A DNA stretch of 64,000 nucleotides from an uncultured Nitrospiraceae bacterium (GCA_963706325.1 CAVPLT010000005.1:96001-160000); one strand, 5' to 3'; counted from the stretch's first letter, positions 31,200 to 42,074 are shown. Numbers and translations are program-made. Notes: generated from the letters alone by a model not told the origin.

Positions 31200-31769
31200 A
31201 TGCGCGTGCGAAAACCTCATGAGATGACAGTCGACAGGGCGCTGCTGCTGTATGTGTTATCGCAGGCCGAGCCCTATGGATTGCTGAGCGATGTGAAGCT
31301 CCAACAGCTCTGTTTTCTCTGCGAGCTCCAGATGTTTGGAAAGGGCGTCAAGGGGTTTCATTTCGAGTTTGTTCGGTTTGCTTATGGAGCATTCAGCCGG
31401 GATCTCGACAATGATCTGACGTCCCTTCGGCGCAAGGAGCGAATCGAAAACTTCAGCCCCTCAGACCAGGTTCGCGATAAAGTCATTCCACTGCTTCTGA
31501 AAGGGATAGAAGGAAATGATACCAATGAACAAGTGCGGGATCTCATGCAGGCGGTCATTACCACTTACGGACCGCAGGATGTCACGGCCATTACGCAATC
31601 CGTCGAATCGGTCGAGTTGAGTACGCCCCAACAGCCGGATTTTAAGATTCCGATTCGTGACATTGTTTTTCACACGACATTATTGGTTCCTGCCAGGATC
31701 GAAGTCGCCACAGAGTTTACTCTCCCGGCGAGTCAGGCAGCTAAGCTGAACCTTGCAATGGGGTATTGA
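31200..31769 (+). CDS. Panacea/DUF4065 (SocA)-like winged-helix protein
   Basis: KLQQLCFL..FEFVRFAYGAFSRDLDNDL resembles the KLxKLxY..YGP(F/Y)S pattern; AGGAG SD. Confidence 0.6.
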   Translation: MRVRKPHEMTVDRALLLYVLSQAEPYGLLSDVKLQQLCFLCELQMFGKGVKGFHFEFVRFAYGAFSRDLDNDLTSLRRKERIENFSPSDQVRDKVIPLLLKGIEGNDTNEQVRDLMQAVITTYGPQDVTAITQSVESVELSTPQQPDFKIPIRDIVFHTTLLVPARIEVATEFTLPASQAAKLNLAMGY

Positions 31770-32051
31770 CCAGATTCTGAACCAGTTTTTGTCCGTCAGT
31801 CTCTCGAAGTGAAGTACTCCGCATTGGCAATGCTGTTCGTCACAGCTGCCGGCGTTCGGCATATCCAAGTTTTTATTATCATGCAAAGCGGACCTCACAT
31901 TGCAAAGTTCGCTGTCAATGTCCATGAGTTCGTTTTCATGGGACGTATCAGGCGGCTTGGCGGAGATCTTTAATCGCTGAAAAGACGCGAAACATGCGAG
32001 CCAATCAATACCTGAATGAGGCATGGGACGAGGGCAAGGGTCATCGTATCG

Positions 32052-32438
32052 CTAGGCGCGTCTGGGGAGGGCGAGTGCTGCTTGAATGGTGTGTAAGATC
32101 GAACCTGTCGCAACCGGCTCGAGCAAGCAGTATTCGATTTGGAGTTCGCGTACCACGCGTTGAAACTTTTCCCCCTCTCGTGCGGGGTCGTGTAAAGCGG
32201 CCGTCACGATGAGACGTGCGGTTGGGAAGGTCTGTCGCAGCTGCACCAGGTCTTCGGGACCCTGATCGTCGTCAGACACGAGACGGGCAATGACCAGATC
32301 GAGTGTGGACGCCAAGGGCTGAACGGGAGCGGTCTGCAAACTCGCACTATGTCGGACAACGTGTTCCATGCCCGGCAAGGCCAGTTTGATGAGCCGCTTG
32401 AGGTTTGGGTCTGCATTTACGACAAGAATATTAGCCAT
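32052..32438 (-). CDS. Atypical single-domain receiver (REC-like)
   Basis: ILVVNAD, DLVIARL, RLIVTA, LLEPV: REC pattern without acceptor Asp or Lys. Confidence 0.65.
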   Translation of the reverse strand: MANILVVNADPNLKRLIKLALPGMEHVVRHSASLQTAPVQPLASTLDLVIARLVSDDDQGPEDLVQLRQTFPTARLIVTAALHDPAREGEKFQRVVRELQIEYCLLEPVATGSILHTIQAALALPRRA

Positions 32439-32537
32439 AACATTCAGCCGAGACGCGCAGTGGTTCCGTGTGAGCGACCTTAACCGGATACAGCGGTCTT
32501 ATCTGGGAGAATGTGCTTCTTCCCCATAGGATGCGGA

Positions 32538-33224
32538 CTACACGACTTGTTGATCGAGGGCGTACCGCACCAGCTCCGCCGTCGTTTTCAGTCCGAGCTT
32601 GATGAGTAGCCGTGTGCGATAAGTGCTGACCGTTTTGATGCTCAACTTCAGGTGCTCCGCAATGTCCGTCAAACGCCGGCCCTGCGCAATCCATTGAAGC
32701 ACTTCAAACTCCCGATCCGACAATACTGGGGGATGAGAATCGCCAAGTAAGGCATTCCTATGCGGTCCTCTGTATTGATGAGGTGCCGCCGCATCAGCGT
32801 GGCGATACGGTTCGCCTTGTAGAAGCCTCGACACCGCCGAGCGGAGTTCTTCCGGGCCTCTGTCCTTTGTGAGATAGCCGAGTGCGCCGGCCCGAACCGC
32901 ACGAGCCGCATAGTGTTCTTCAGCATAGATGCTTAGAACCAGGGCGGCTGCCGTGGGTTGTACTGATTTGAGAATGCGCAAGATTTCCAGGCCGGGCATG
33001 TCAGGCAAGTTCAGGTCGAGAATCACGAGGTTCCAGGTTGCCGCATGGATTTGCGCAATAGCATCGTGGGCGGAACTCGTTCCTACGATGTGGGGCGTTA
33101 ACCCGTCTTCTGCGAGAAAATCCCGAAGGCACTCCCTCAGGCCTCGAGGCACCAACGCATGATCGTCTGCGATCAATATCTTGAGGTGAGGCGGGAAGTG
33201 GCTGCGGTCCTGGGGAAATTCCAT
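32538..33224 (-). CDS. NarL/FixJ family response regulator
   Basis: ILIADDH, VILDLNLP, GYLTK, LSDREFEVL, LSIKTVSTY. Confidence 0.92.
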   Translation of the reverse strand: MEFPQDRSHFPPHLKILIADDHALVPRGLRECLRDFLAEDGLTPHIVGTSSAHDAIAQIHAATWNLVILDLNLPDMPGLEILRILKSVQPTAAALVLSIYAEEHYAARAVRAGALGYLTKDRGPEELRSAVSRLLQGEPYRHADAAAPHQYRGPHRNALLGDSHPPVLSDREFEVLQWIAQGRRLTDIAEHLKLSIKTVSTYRTRLLIKLGLKTTAELVRYALDQQVV

Positions 33225-33706
33225 CTTATGCCAGCTCGTAGCGCGTCTCAGAGGCCCATACCATCCGACCCTCGGCATGGGTTGTTACGATTGACATTGA
33301 TTCGAGTCGATCTATCAGGCTGACATTCGAAGTGTGAACGCTGTAACGAAGGCACATGGGCGCCGCCTCTTCTCGACGCGCCCCTAGAGAAACTCTCCGA
33401 GTCATGGAATGAAGGCCAAAAGGACCCCTGCACCCAAGGGTGTTGTACGGGGGGCGATCAGCACTGGATGTCGGCGCCGTCATGAAGCTAAATGTGTGTC
33501 TCGGGGAAACCATGAGAACATGCGGGGGAGATATAGCAGAAGCATTGATGCAGGACATAGAGCTGATCGGCTCTAGAGGTACGGATAAGACCCAGGTTAT
33601 CGTACTAGGGTGAGCGGCTAAGCCTTGGGATGGTAGGAATGCTTGTTGAGCGACCGTTTCGATGGATCGGCCAGGTGATCGGAATTCATGAGGAGTGTGG
33701 GTGTGA

Positions 33707-35239
33707 TCAAAGCCGATACAGCGCGCCATACTTTTCTTCGAGGTACCGCAGAAACGGTTCGGGGTCGACCCCCGATCCGGTCACCCTTCTAGCCAGATGA
33801 TCAGGAGTAAACATCCGTCCCCACCGATGGATTTTTTGTTCCAGCCATCGACGGAGCGGCAGTAAGTTGCCCGCTTCCATATCTTCGTTCAATTGCGACA
33901 GTTCCCGTTTGGCCTGTTGGAAGAACTGGACGGAATAGAGATTGCCTAACGTATAGGTGGGGAAGTAGCCAAACGCTCCCATCGACCAGTGGACATCCTG
34001 AAGAACCCCTTCGGCATCCCGTTCCGGCACGATCCCCAGATAGGATTGCATCTTGTCATTCCATAAACCCGGTAAGTCCTCGGCCTGCGCTCGTCCCTCG
34101 ATGAGAGCCTGTTCGATTTCGACGCGAAGCATGATGTGCAGGTTATAGGTCAGTTCGTCCGCTTCGACGCGAATCAGGGATGGGGCGGCACGGTTGATCG
34201 CGGCATAGAACCGCTCGAGTGGCACATGTGCCAACTGTTGCGGAAAGGTGTGTTGCAACATCGGAAAGAAACAGCGCCAGAACGGGAGCGAGCGGCCGAC
34301 GCAATTCTCCCAGAGTCGTGACTGGCTCTCATGGAAACCGAGTGAAAGGGATTCGCCCAGGGGCGTGCCATAGTAACGAGGGTCCAATCCTTGATCGTAA
34401 AGGCCGTGACCCCCTTCATGAATGCAGCTGAACAGGCAGGAGGGCAAGTCTTTTTCGAAGACCCGCGTCGTTACACGAACATCGGTGGGGTGGAAAGAGG
34501 TGGTGAAGGGATGGGCCGAGAGGTCGAGTCGGCCACGGTCGAAATCATAACCCATGGCGGTGAGCACGAGCCGCCCAAACTCCACCTGCTTGGTCTGGTC
34601 GAAGTTTTGGTGCAGACAGCTGTCGTCGATGATCACTGCGCTGGACTGCACGTGCTTCAACAGCGGAACGAGACGTTCGCGCAGCCGAGCGAAGAGCGGC
34701 GTCAGCTGCGCCACTGTGGCTCCCGGCTCGTAAGTGTCCAGGAGCGCGTCGTAGGGTGAGGCCCGGTAGCCCAAGTAGTGTGCTTCGTCGCGTTTGAGGC
34801 CCAGCACAGTTTTGAGCGACGGCAAGAATTTTGCGAAACGGCTCTCATGGCGTGCCGTCACCCAGGCCTGTTGAGCCAAGGAACATTCGCGACTCAAGCG
34901 GATCACAAAATCAGACGGAAGTTTCTTCGCGCGGCTGAAATCACGCCAAGTCTCCCGCAAGAGCGCGCGCGACGGTTCATCCCAATTCTCGGTCGGGGAT
35001 TCGAGTGACGCTCCTGTGGCCGGATCAATCCACTGGGTGAGGAGACGTTCGACCTCCTCGGACACGAGCTTCTGATGCGCAAGACCTTCCAAGGTTGCGA
35101 TCTGCTCGGCTCGGGCCGCCCCGCCACCTACCGGCATGTACGTCTCCTGATCCCAGGATAGAACTGATGCGGCGCTCTGGATGCGTCGGATTTCAACGAG
35201 TCGAGCCGTCAGGGGTTCCAATATTGCCAACGTCTTCAC
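33707..35239 (-). CDS. Carboxypeptidase M32 (Taq)
   Basis: WDQETYMP, HPF, DVRVTT, HEGGH, HESQS, IRVEADE, GYFPTY. Confidence 0.96.
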   Translation of the reverse strand: MKTLAILEPLTARLVEIRRIQSAASVLSWDQETYMPVGGGAARAEQIATLEGLAHQKLVSEEVERLLTQWIDPATGASLESPTENWDEPSRALLRETWRDFSRAKKLPSDFVIRLSRECSLAQQAWVTARHESRFAKFLPSLKTVLGLKRDEAHYLGYRASPYDALLDTYEPGATVAQLTPLFARLRERLVPLLKHVQSSAVIIDDSCLHQNFDQTKQVEFGRLVLTAMGYDFDRGRLDLSAHPFTTSFHPTDVRVTTRVFEKDLPSCLFSCIHEGGHGLYDQGLDPRYYGTPLGESLSLGFHESQSRLWENCVGRSLPFWRCFFPMLQHTFPQQLAHVPLERFYAAINRAAPSLIRVEADELTYNLHIMLRVEIEQALIEGRAQAEDLPGLWNDKMQSYLGIVPERDAEGVLQDVHWSMGAFGYFPTYTLGNLYSVQFFQQAKRELSQLNEDMEAGNLLPLRRWLEQKIHRWGRMFTPDHLARRVTGSGVDPEPFLRYLEEKYGALYRL

Positions 35240-35316
35240 CTTCGCGCTCCTTCTCTCAATAAGACCGTGTTATGATCCCGCGGCCGAGGCGAATTGTCGC
35301 ATAACTCTCTCACGGA

Positions 35317-35988
35317 GTGAAACCAATGGCCGATCTGGTCCTGCCGCAAATTGACGCCTATGCCGCCGCCCATTCCTTGCCGGAAACCCCGGTTCGCAAA
35401 GCCCTACGCGAGGAAACGGAACGCACGATGGAGTTTGCCCGCATGCTCGTCGGCCCGTTGGAAGGGGCATTTTTGCATATGATGACTCGTCTGGTGCAGG
35501 CCCAGCGGGTGCTGGAAATCGGGATGTTTACGGGATACAGCGCACTCTGTTTTGCCGAAGCACTGCCCGAAGAAGGACGCGTGGTCACGTGCGAGGTAGA
35601 TGAAGAGTCTGCGGCCGTTGCTCGGCGTTACTTCGCCCAATCACCGCACGGCCGCAAGATTGAGATTCGCATGAGCCCCGCGCTGGAGACGATGGCTGAG
35701 TTGAAGGGGCCGTTCGACTTGATTTTTATCGATGCCGACAAAGTGAATTATCTTAATTATTACCATCGTGGGATGGAGCTGCTGTCACCTCGCGGCGTGA
35801 TGCTCATCGATAACGTCTTGTGGGACGGAGAAGTCCTGCGCGATCCCCCGCCGGACGACCGTACTGCGGCGATCCAGGAACTCAATCGAGTCGTCACCCG
35901 AGATGCTCACGTGACCGCCGTGCTGGCAACCATTCGAGACGGCATTTGGGTGATCACGCCAACCCCGTCGAATCACGCAGCGCCCTAA
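35317..35988 (+). CDS. Class I SAM-dependent O-methyltransferase (CCoAOMT/YrrM-like)
   Basis: VLEIGMFTGYS, FDLIFIDADK, DNVLW. Confidence 0.92.
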   Translation: MKPMADLVLPQIDAYAAAHSLPETPVRKALREETERTMEFARMLVGPLEGAFLHMMTRLVQAQRVLEIGMFTGYSALCFAEALPEEGRVVTCEVDEESAAVARRYFAQSPHGRKIEIRMSPALETMAELKGPFDLIFIDADKVNYLNYYHRGMELLSPRGVMLIDNVLWDGEVLRDPPPDDRTAAIQELNRVVTRDAHVTAVLATIRDGIWVITPTPSNHAAP

Positions 35989-36036
35989 ACAGCCTGCGCA
36001 GAGATGGATTCTACGTTCCGTCGAGGGATCATACGG

Positions 36037-36948
36037 ATGGAGAAACCGACAACATTCGCAGCCTATACCGCTCTCACCGCCTCAGCGCTGGTGTGGGGCG
36101 GCTCCATCGTGGGGCAGAAGATGGCTTTGGGGGCGTTCTCCGCGGTGGAGACGTCGGTTCTGCGTGCCGTCGGTGCGCTGGCGATTCTGATCCCGCTGTG
36201 GTGGTGGACCGAAGGCGGCCGCACCACCTTCACGGCTCGTGATCTCAAATTCCTGTGCCTGTTGGGTCTGGGGGTGCTGGGGAATCATCTCCTGACTCTG
36301 TTCGGTCTTCGCTATATCGGCGCTTCCACCGCCGGGGTCCTCATCGGCGCCAGTCCGGCCATTACGGCGTTGCTCTCCTCGCTGCTCGTCCGCGATATTC
36401 CTTTCCGGACAGTCGCAGCCGGCTGCGCCATATCCTTCGCGGGGGTTGCCCTCGTGTCCGGCGTGGGAGGAGATGCCCCTATTGGAGAGAGTCCCTGGCT
36501 AGGCGGCATCCTTGTCTTATTGGGCCTGGTCAGTTGGGCGCTGTATTCGATCGGTGGTCGGGAGGTTATGGAGCGGCTGTCTCCGCTGACTGTCAACTGG
36601 ACGACGTTATTGGTCTCTCTGCTGCTGCAGATTCCGCTCCTCTGGACCGATCAAAAGCTGCTGCTCTCCGGGACCGCAGTAGTACCAGTTTCAGGCTGGC
36701 TGGCGTTGTTCTACCTCATCGTGTTTGCGACGGCGTTGGGCCAACAGGCTTGGTTGTACGGGGTACAAGGGGTAGGTCCCTCCCGCGCCGGCGTATTCGT
36801 CAATTTGATTCCAGTGTCAGCGCTGCTCTTGTCCGCTGCGGTGCTGGGTGATGTGATTGGGGTTCGTGAAGTCGGAGGCATTCTCCTCATCCTCGCCGGT
36901 GTCTGGTTGGTGGGGTGGCAATCGACCCGACACAAGCAATCTGTGTGA
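36037..36948 (+). CDS. EamA/DMT family transporter
   Basis: About 10 TM, LVWGGS, two EamA halves, NLIPV. Confidence 0.9.
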   Translation: MEKPTTFAAYTALTASALVWGGSIVGQKMALGAFSAVETSVLRAVGALAILIPLWWWTEGGRTTFTARDLKFLCLLGLGVLGNHLLTLFGLRYIGASTAGVLIGASPAITALLSSLLVRDIPFRTVAAGCAISFAGVALVSGVGGDAPIGESPWLGGILVLLGLVSWALYSIGGREVMERLSPLTVNWTTLLVSLLLQIPLLWTDQKLLLSGTAVVPVSGWLALFYLIVFATALGQQAWLYGVQGVGPSRAGVFVNLIPVSALLLSAAVLGDVIGVREVGGILLILAGVWLVGWQSTRHKQSV

Positions 36949-37395
36949 GCGTTGGCTCTGGTCTGGGTTGCTCGCGAGAGCAGCCTGTCTGGTTGGGGAA
37001 TCAGCCCCCAGTCATTGATATGGGTGGAGCAGGATGGAGTCGCTGAAACTTCGGCAGCTTGCTCGGACCTTCGGCTCCATATCATCGAAGATTGGTGCCT
37101 GAGACGGTGGAAAATGTATGTTCGTCGATCCCCTTTGGCCGATGGATTCGACCTCATCGCGAAAACGCGGTCGATTCTTTCCTAATGCCCCCTGTGGCCT
37201 GTTCCGCGTTTTTTCGAAACAGTGAGCTTTGTCCCTCCTTCTTTTCTCCCATGGGCTCCGTCCTTCGCCCATTCGGTATCACGTCACGTCAGCGATGTAC
37301 TCCGTCCATGCAGACCATGCAATAGGGCCGTATTAGGGCCAATTGTCAGGATTTACCTTGCGGGGAAGGGGGCGTATCTTGAATACATGCACCCT

Positions 37396-37686
37396 ATGCG
37401 TGTGTTGCTCGTTGGAGATCGCGTAGATGTGCTCGACCTGTTTGAGCATATTTTGACGACGCGAGGGCATGACGTCACTGCTTGCGCGGACGGAGTGTCA
37501 GCGTGGCAGGCGTGTGGTGAGAAACCCTTTGACCTCGTGTTGCTGGATTGGGAGTTGCGCGCGAGTGGTATGGATGGTCTCCAACTTTGTCGGATGATTC
37601 GATCGAGCCGCGGAGGCAACCTGCTCGCGCTGGCGAAGTCATCTGCCGGCATCATCCATCAAACGTGGGCGATTCACAGCGAGTGA
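37396..37686 (+). pseudogene. Truncated response-regulator receiver
   Basis: MRVLLV..DGVSAW..FDLVLLDW..MDGLQLCRMIR, then loses similarity before the conserved Thr and KP motifs. Confidence 0.6.
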
Positions 37687-38218
37687 TGGGTCCCTCTGGA
37701 GGACTCAGGCGACGATCCGATGTTGGCACACCTGTGACACATCGGGCGGCGCCATGGACTTGACGGTTTCGGTTGGCTGTACCGGCCGATCTCGTGATAA
37801 GTCCTGAGTATTGTGATAAGTGCGCTTCAATTACTTGGCATAATCCTTGATGTAGTCATGGCTGTTGCATGAACCTTTGTGGCCTTTTGGGAGTCCTGGA
37901 GAGCGATAGACATCGTCATACCAGAGCATTATACGCGAAGCCATTCGTTGATTGGGGCTGCGAGAGGAGTTGGCTGAGAGGGACATTATCACCGGCCACA
38001 TGGGTCAGCTGGACAAGTGGGAATTACCACGGCACGCCCGTGGAACCTAAAACCAACCTTCAACGCCCAGGCGGGCCTTCAATCAGTAACCCTGAATGAT
38101 TCTGAAACAAGGAGAGGCAATTATGTGGAACGAGAAATTAGATCCGTCAGGTTTCGCTCGCAAAGGGAACGTCGGAACAGTATTGCCGGATATCGAACGG
38201 GTTACTGCCAAGGCGGCG

Positions 38219-38443
38219 ATGACCAAACGTCGCCCTGAGGATCTAACCCCTCGTGAAAATGAGATCTTGCAGTTGGTTTGGGCGGGACTCACGAATCGTA
38301 CGATTGCGGAGCAGTTGCACATCAGCATAAAAACAGCGGAGGCGCATCGCGCAAACATGATGAAGAAACTCCGCGTCTCAAACATTGCGCAACTGTTGAA
38401 AACCGCGCTGGAAGAGGGCCTGCTCCTGACTCATGTGAGCTGA
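38219..38443 (+). CDS. Stand-alone LuxR C-terminal HTH regulator
   Basis: LTPRENEILQL..GLTNRTIAEQLHISIKTAEAHRANMMKKL; start uncertain (38096-38219). Confidence 0.88.
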   Translation: MTKRRPEDLTPRENEILQLVWAGLTNRTIAEQLHISIKTAEAHRANMMKKLRVSNIAQLLKTALEEGLLLTHVS

Positions 38444-38589
38444 CGGGATGCGCAACGACCTGCGTTAGAGGGAGAAATCCTTCCCGGTATGCGGCAGCTT
38501 CACGCGGATCCTCCTCTCTAGAGGGCAAATGGCGCTCGCTCCGGCGACGGTGTTTACAGTAAAATGCCGCACCATCAAAGGAGCTACCA

Positions 38590-38982
38590 GTGGTCGAACA
38601 ACGAATTGAGGAAATTACCCGCGCGAACCTGACCTTCTACGCCGCCTTTGAAAGTCTGGATATGCTTCAGATGGACAAAGTGTGGGCTCACCTGGAATAT
38701 GTCACCTGCATCCATCCCGGATGGAGCCTTCGGAGCGACTGGCCTGCTGTACGCGATTCCTGGGTGCTGATCTTTAACAACACCTTCTCCATGAAATTTG
38801 AGCTGACGGATGTTCAGGTTCAAGTGGCCGGGGATCTGGGCTGGGTCATCTGCACCGAACACCTGACCAGCCGTCAGGACGACCAACCGGTTGAAACCCG
38901 CGTCCTTGCCACCAATCTGTTCGAACGTATTGGCGATGAATGGTTGATGATTCATCATCATGGCTCGCCCGTTATGGGTTAG
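38590..38982 (+). CDS. NTF2/SnoaL-like protein
   Basis: ANLTFYAAFE, CIHPGW, ATNLFER..WLMIHHHGS. Confidence 0.88.
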   Translation: MVEQRIEEITRANLTFYAAFESLDMLQMDKVWAHLEYVTCIHPGWSLRSDWPAVRDSWVLIFNNTFSMKFELTDVQVQVAGDLGWVICTEHLTSRQDDQPVETRVLATNLFERIGDEWLMIHHHGSPVMG

Positions 38983-39082
38983 CCCCCGCAGCCCCTCGTT
39001 GGTCTACAGCTGCCTTCCAAAGCATCTCGCTCTGTGAACCTTATGCAATAAGTTCGGAGCGCACTTCTTCGGTGACAAACAC

Positions 39083-39140
39083 TAGGGTCTTGCCGTAACA
39101 ATCCTAGGGAATTTCCGAGGGTAGTCTCGGCTTTTACCTA
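39083..39140. promoter_or_regulatory. Three phased 14-bp LuxR/NarL-type boxes
   Basis: TAGGGTCTTGCCGT (39083), TAGGGAATTTCCGA (39105), TCGGCTTTTACCTA (39127), exact 22-bp period; TATAGT at 39166. Confidence 0.5.
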
Positions 39141-39301
39141 TGACAGATCTCCAAAACAGGATTTTTATAGTGTCCAGTGCGACTGGACATATGATAACCT
39201 AGCGTCAGCTCGCAATGCAGTATCGTGAGTCGCCACTAGGACGGGCCGCTACGTCGAAAGAACTGAATCGTGCAGGTTGGCCTTTCACAGATTAAGCCAA
39301 A

Positions 39302-39934
39302 ATGGGTAGGGTGAGAGCTATGAGCAGTCGATTTGTGGGCGTTCAGGCTACCGAAATGCCGATGGTCGGATCTCTCATCAGGTTGAATCGAGGTGTCAGG
39401 GATCTGATGAGTTTGATCCACGAGGACTGGGTGACCAATTACCGGGATTGGACGTTGCCGGGGTTTCGAGCCATTGCCGTGCATCGCATAGGGACATGGC
39501 TCTCGGATAGACGTGCAAGCCTGCTGAAATCTTGTTTGCTTACGCTGTACCGGCTCATGTATCGCTATGTGCGGAATCATTATGGAATTGAAATCCCTTT
39601 ACCCGTCACGCTCGGACGTCGCTTGTTCCTGGCGCATCAACACGGCATTGTCTTCCATTGGAAGACGGTGATAGGGGATGACTGTCTGATCCGCCACAGT
39701 GCCACGATAGGCGCTGGGTATGGAGGGGAAAAAACTCTCCATAAAGGACCGCGTATAGGGAATCGCGTGGAGATCGGTCCCGGAGCTGTGATCTTTGCAG
39801 GAGTCAAAATCGGCGATGGCGCCATCATTGGCCCAAATACCGTGGTCATGGCGGATGTTCCAGCTGGGGCTAGAATTTTTGCGGAGGCACCTCGCGTGAT
39901 TCAGTTGCCGAGCGCGCAATGCAAAAGCTCGTGA
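39302..39934 (+). CDS. Serine-acetyltransferase-like (left-handed beta-helix) acyltransferase
   Basis: PGFRAIAVHRIG, YGIEIP, H..GIV, hexapeptide repeats. Confidence 0.88.
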   Translation: MGRVRAMSSRFVGVQATEMPMVGSLIRLNRGVRDLMSLIHEDWVTNYRDWTLPGFRAIAVHRIGTWLSDRRASLLKSCLLTLYRLMYRYVRNHYGIEIPLPVTLGRRLFLAHQHGIVFHWKTVIGDDCLIRHSATIGAGYGGEKTLHKGPRIGNRVEIGPGAVIFAGVKIGDGAIIGPNTVVMADVPAGARIFAEAPRVIQLPSAQCKSS

Positions 39935-40064
39935 CGAAAATAAGGTGTAGACACTCGTTAGAGTAGGCTGGTTCTGCTCCCAGCCAGGGCCTTTCCTAGT
40001 CATCTCAGTCTTGTCTTTAAAGCACACTACAACGTGATTTGATTGGAACGATCTGTCACTCGCC

Positions 40065-42068
40065 ATGAATAGCGCCACACCAGACCACATCTCCCTGGAT
40101 ACTGTGCTGACCGCGGAGGCTCGGGGGGACGCCTTTCGTAAGGCAGGAAAGTTCAAGCATGCCATCCAGGCCTATCTGGAGGCCGTGGCGCATCCACCAT
40201 CGGCCGAATTGTGTCTCAAACTCGCTCGAAGCTTTGAGCAGATCGGAAGCTATTCAGAAGCCTCTCGGTGGGCACTATCCATCGTGGATTCCGGCGACGA
40301 TTATACGGCATGGCAATCCGCATCGACGTTATTGCAACGCTGTGCATTGAAGGCTGAGAGGCCAACGGTCCGGTTCGTCAGGGCGGCGCTTCTGGGAAGC
40401 TATACTACAACCCAGCTCGGCGTGATGCTCTGTCTCGCTGCCAGCCGATTTGGGATCGCGATTGAACTTTATGAGAGCCACTATGGGCAGTACCAACAGG
40501 AGATCATCAATCCCGAAAGCGGGTTGTATGCATTCGGTCCAGAAGTCGTCATCCTGGCGGTTCACGAAAAAGACCTGCGGCTCTCAGAGTACAGCCCGAA
40601 TCCAGAAGAGGACATTGAGCAGGAAGTCAGCCGTTGGACGGCCCTCTGGCGACTGGTTGCGGAACGTTCCCGCGCCCGCATCATTCAGCATAACTTTGCG
40701 CTGCCTTGTGATATCCCCACCGGCCATCTTGCCGCACGTCTCCCCGGATCTCGATACATGATGGCGCAAGCCGTCAATGCTCGCCTTGGTAATGTGGCCG
40801 CGAATGAGGTTTCGCTGGTAGATTGTGAACGTCTGTCCGCATTCATTGGAAAGCCACGATGGTGTGACCCCCGATATTGGAACCTGTCCAAGCAAGCCGT
40901 GGCGCTAGAAGCCATTCCCTTGCTCGCACGACATACGGCGGCAGTCGTGGCGGCGGCGCTTGGGTTAAGTCGGAAATGTCTGGTGCTGGATCTGGACAAT
41001 ACGCTGTGGGGCGGGGTGATCGCAGAAGAAGGATTGGCAGGAATCCAATTGGGCCATGGCGTGGAGGGGGAGGCCTTCGTGGCCTTTCAGGACTATCTCC
41101 TTACATTGAAGGAGAAGGGCGTTATTCTAGCAATCTGCTCCAAGAACAACTATGCCGATGCCATTCTGCCGTTCGAAAAACATACCGAGATGCGACTGAA
41201 ACTTGGAGATATCGCCCTCTTCATTGCCAATTGGGAATCGAAACCCGACAACATCCGCAGGATCGCGAAGACGCTGCAAATCGGACTGGATTCAATGGTA
41301 TTTGTGGATGATAACCCTGTTGAGCGCGAGATCGTGAGCAAGTTTCTGCCCGAAGTTGACGTGATCCCTCTGCCGGAGGATCCGTCGTATTATGTCCGAG
41401 CGCTCTCTCAGTATCTCCTGCTCGAGACGAACTCGTTGACGGCCGAGGATAGTCAGCGAACCGACCAGTATCGGGCCCGGGCGCAGATCCAGGAGCTCGA
41501 GTCTACAGCCGGCTCGATTGAGGATTTTTATCGGAGCCTCCAGATGCAGGCAATTGTGGCGCCATTTGAGGCCTCGCAACTGCCGCGGATTGTTCAGCTC
41601 ATCGGCAAGACCAATCAGTTCAATCTCACCACTCGCCGGTACAGTATGCCGCACCTGGAGGCGTTCGTGCAGGATGCGAGCTGCGTGCACCTCGCGTTAC
41701 GGTTACGGGATCGCTATGCCGATCATGGGCTGGTCAGTCTGATTATCGCGCGCCAACAAGGCACGATGCTGGATATCGATACGTGGCTCATGAGTTGCCG
41801 TGTCATCGGTCGGACCGTGGAAACAACAATCCTGGAGCATCTCTGCCGGCGCGCAGCACAGCTTGGCTGCACGTCGCTTCAGGGAACCTATATTCCGACA
41901 GAGAAGAATGCGATGGCGGCAGATGCATACGCTAAATGTGGATTCGAGCGGGTCAGGCAGGATGGTGGACAGGAAATCTGGTTCTACGATCTTCTTGCCC
42001 AAGGCCTGATCACCAACGAGTTTGTGAAGACGGTCGAATCCTGGGAACTTGCCGATGGCGCTGCCTGA
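40065..42068 (+). CDS. FkbH-like HAD-IIIC protein with N-terminal TPR-like region
   Basis: KCLVLDLDNTLWGGV, CSKN, VFVDDNPVER, KTNQFNLTT, WLMSCRV. Confidence 0.93.
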   Translation: MNSATPDHISLDTVLTAEARGDAFRKAGKFKHAIQAYLEAVAHPPSAELCLKLARSFEQIGSYSEASRWALSIVDSGDDYTAWQSASTLLQRCALKAERPTVRFVRAALLGSYTTTQLGVMLCLAASRFGIAIELYESHYGQYQQEIINPESGLYAFGPEVVILAVHEKDLRLSEYSPNPEEDIEQEVSRWTALWRLVAERSRARIIQHNFALPCDIPTGHLAARLPGSRYMMAQAVNARLGNVAANEVSLVDCERLSAFIGKPRWCDPRYWNLSKQAVALEAIPLLARHTAAVVAAALGLSRKCLVLDLDNTLWGGVIAEEGLAGIQLGHGVEGEAFVAFQDYLLTLKEKGVILAICSKNNYADAILPFEKHTEMRLKLGDIALFIANWESKPDNIRRIAKTLQIGLDSMVFVDDNPVEREIVSKFLPEVDVIPLPEDPSYYVRALSQYLLLETNSLTAEDSQRTDQYRARAQIQELESTAGSIEDFYRSLQMQAIVAPFEASQLPRIVQLIGKTNQFNLTTRRYSMPHLEAFVQDASCVHLALRLRDRYADHGLVSLIIARQQGTMLDIDTWLMSCRVIGRTVETTILEHLCRRAAQLGCTSLQGTYIPTEKNAMAADAYAKCGFERVRQDGGQEIWFYDLLAQGLITNEFVKTVESWELADGAA

Positions 42069-42074
42069 CTCGCC

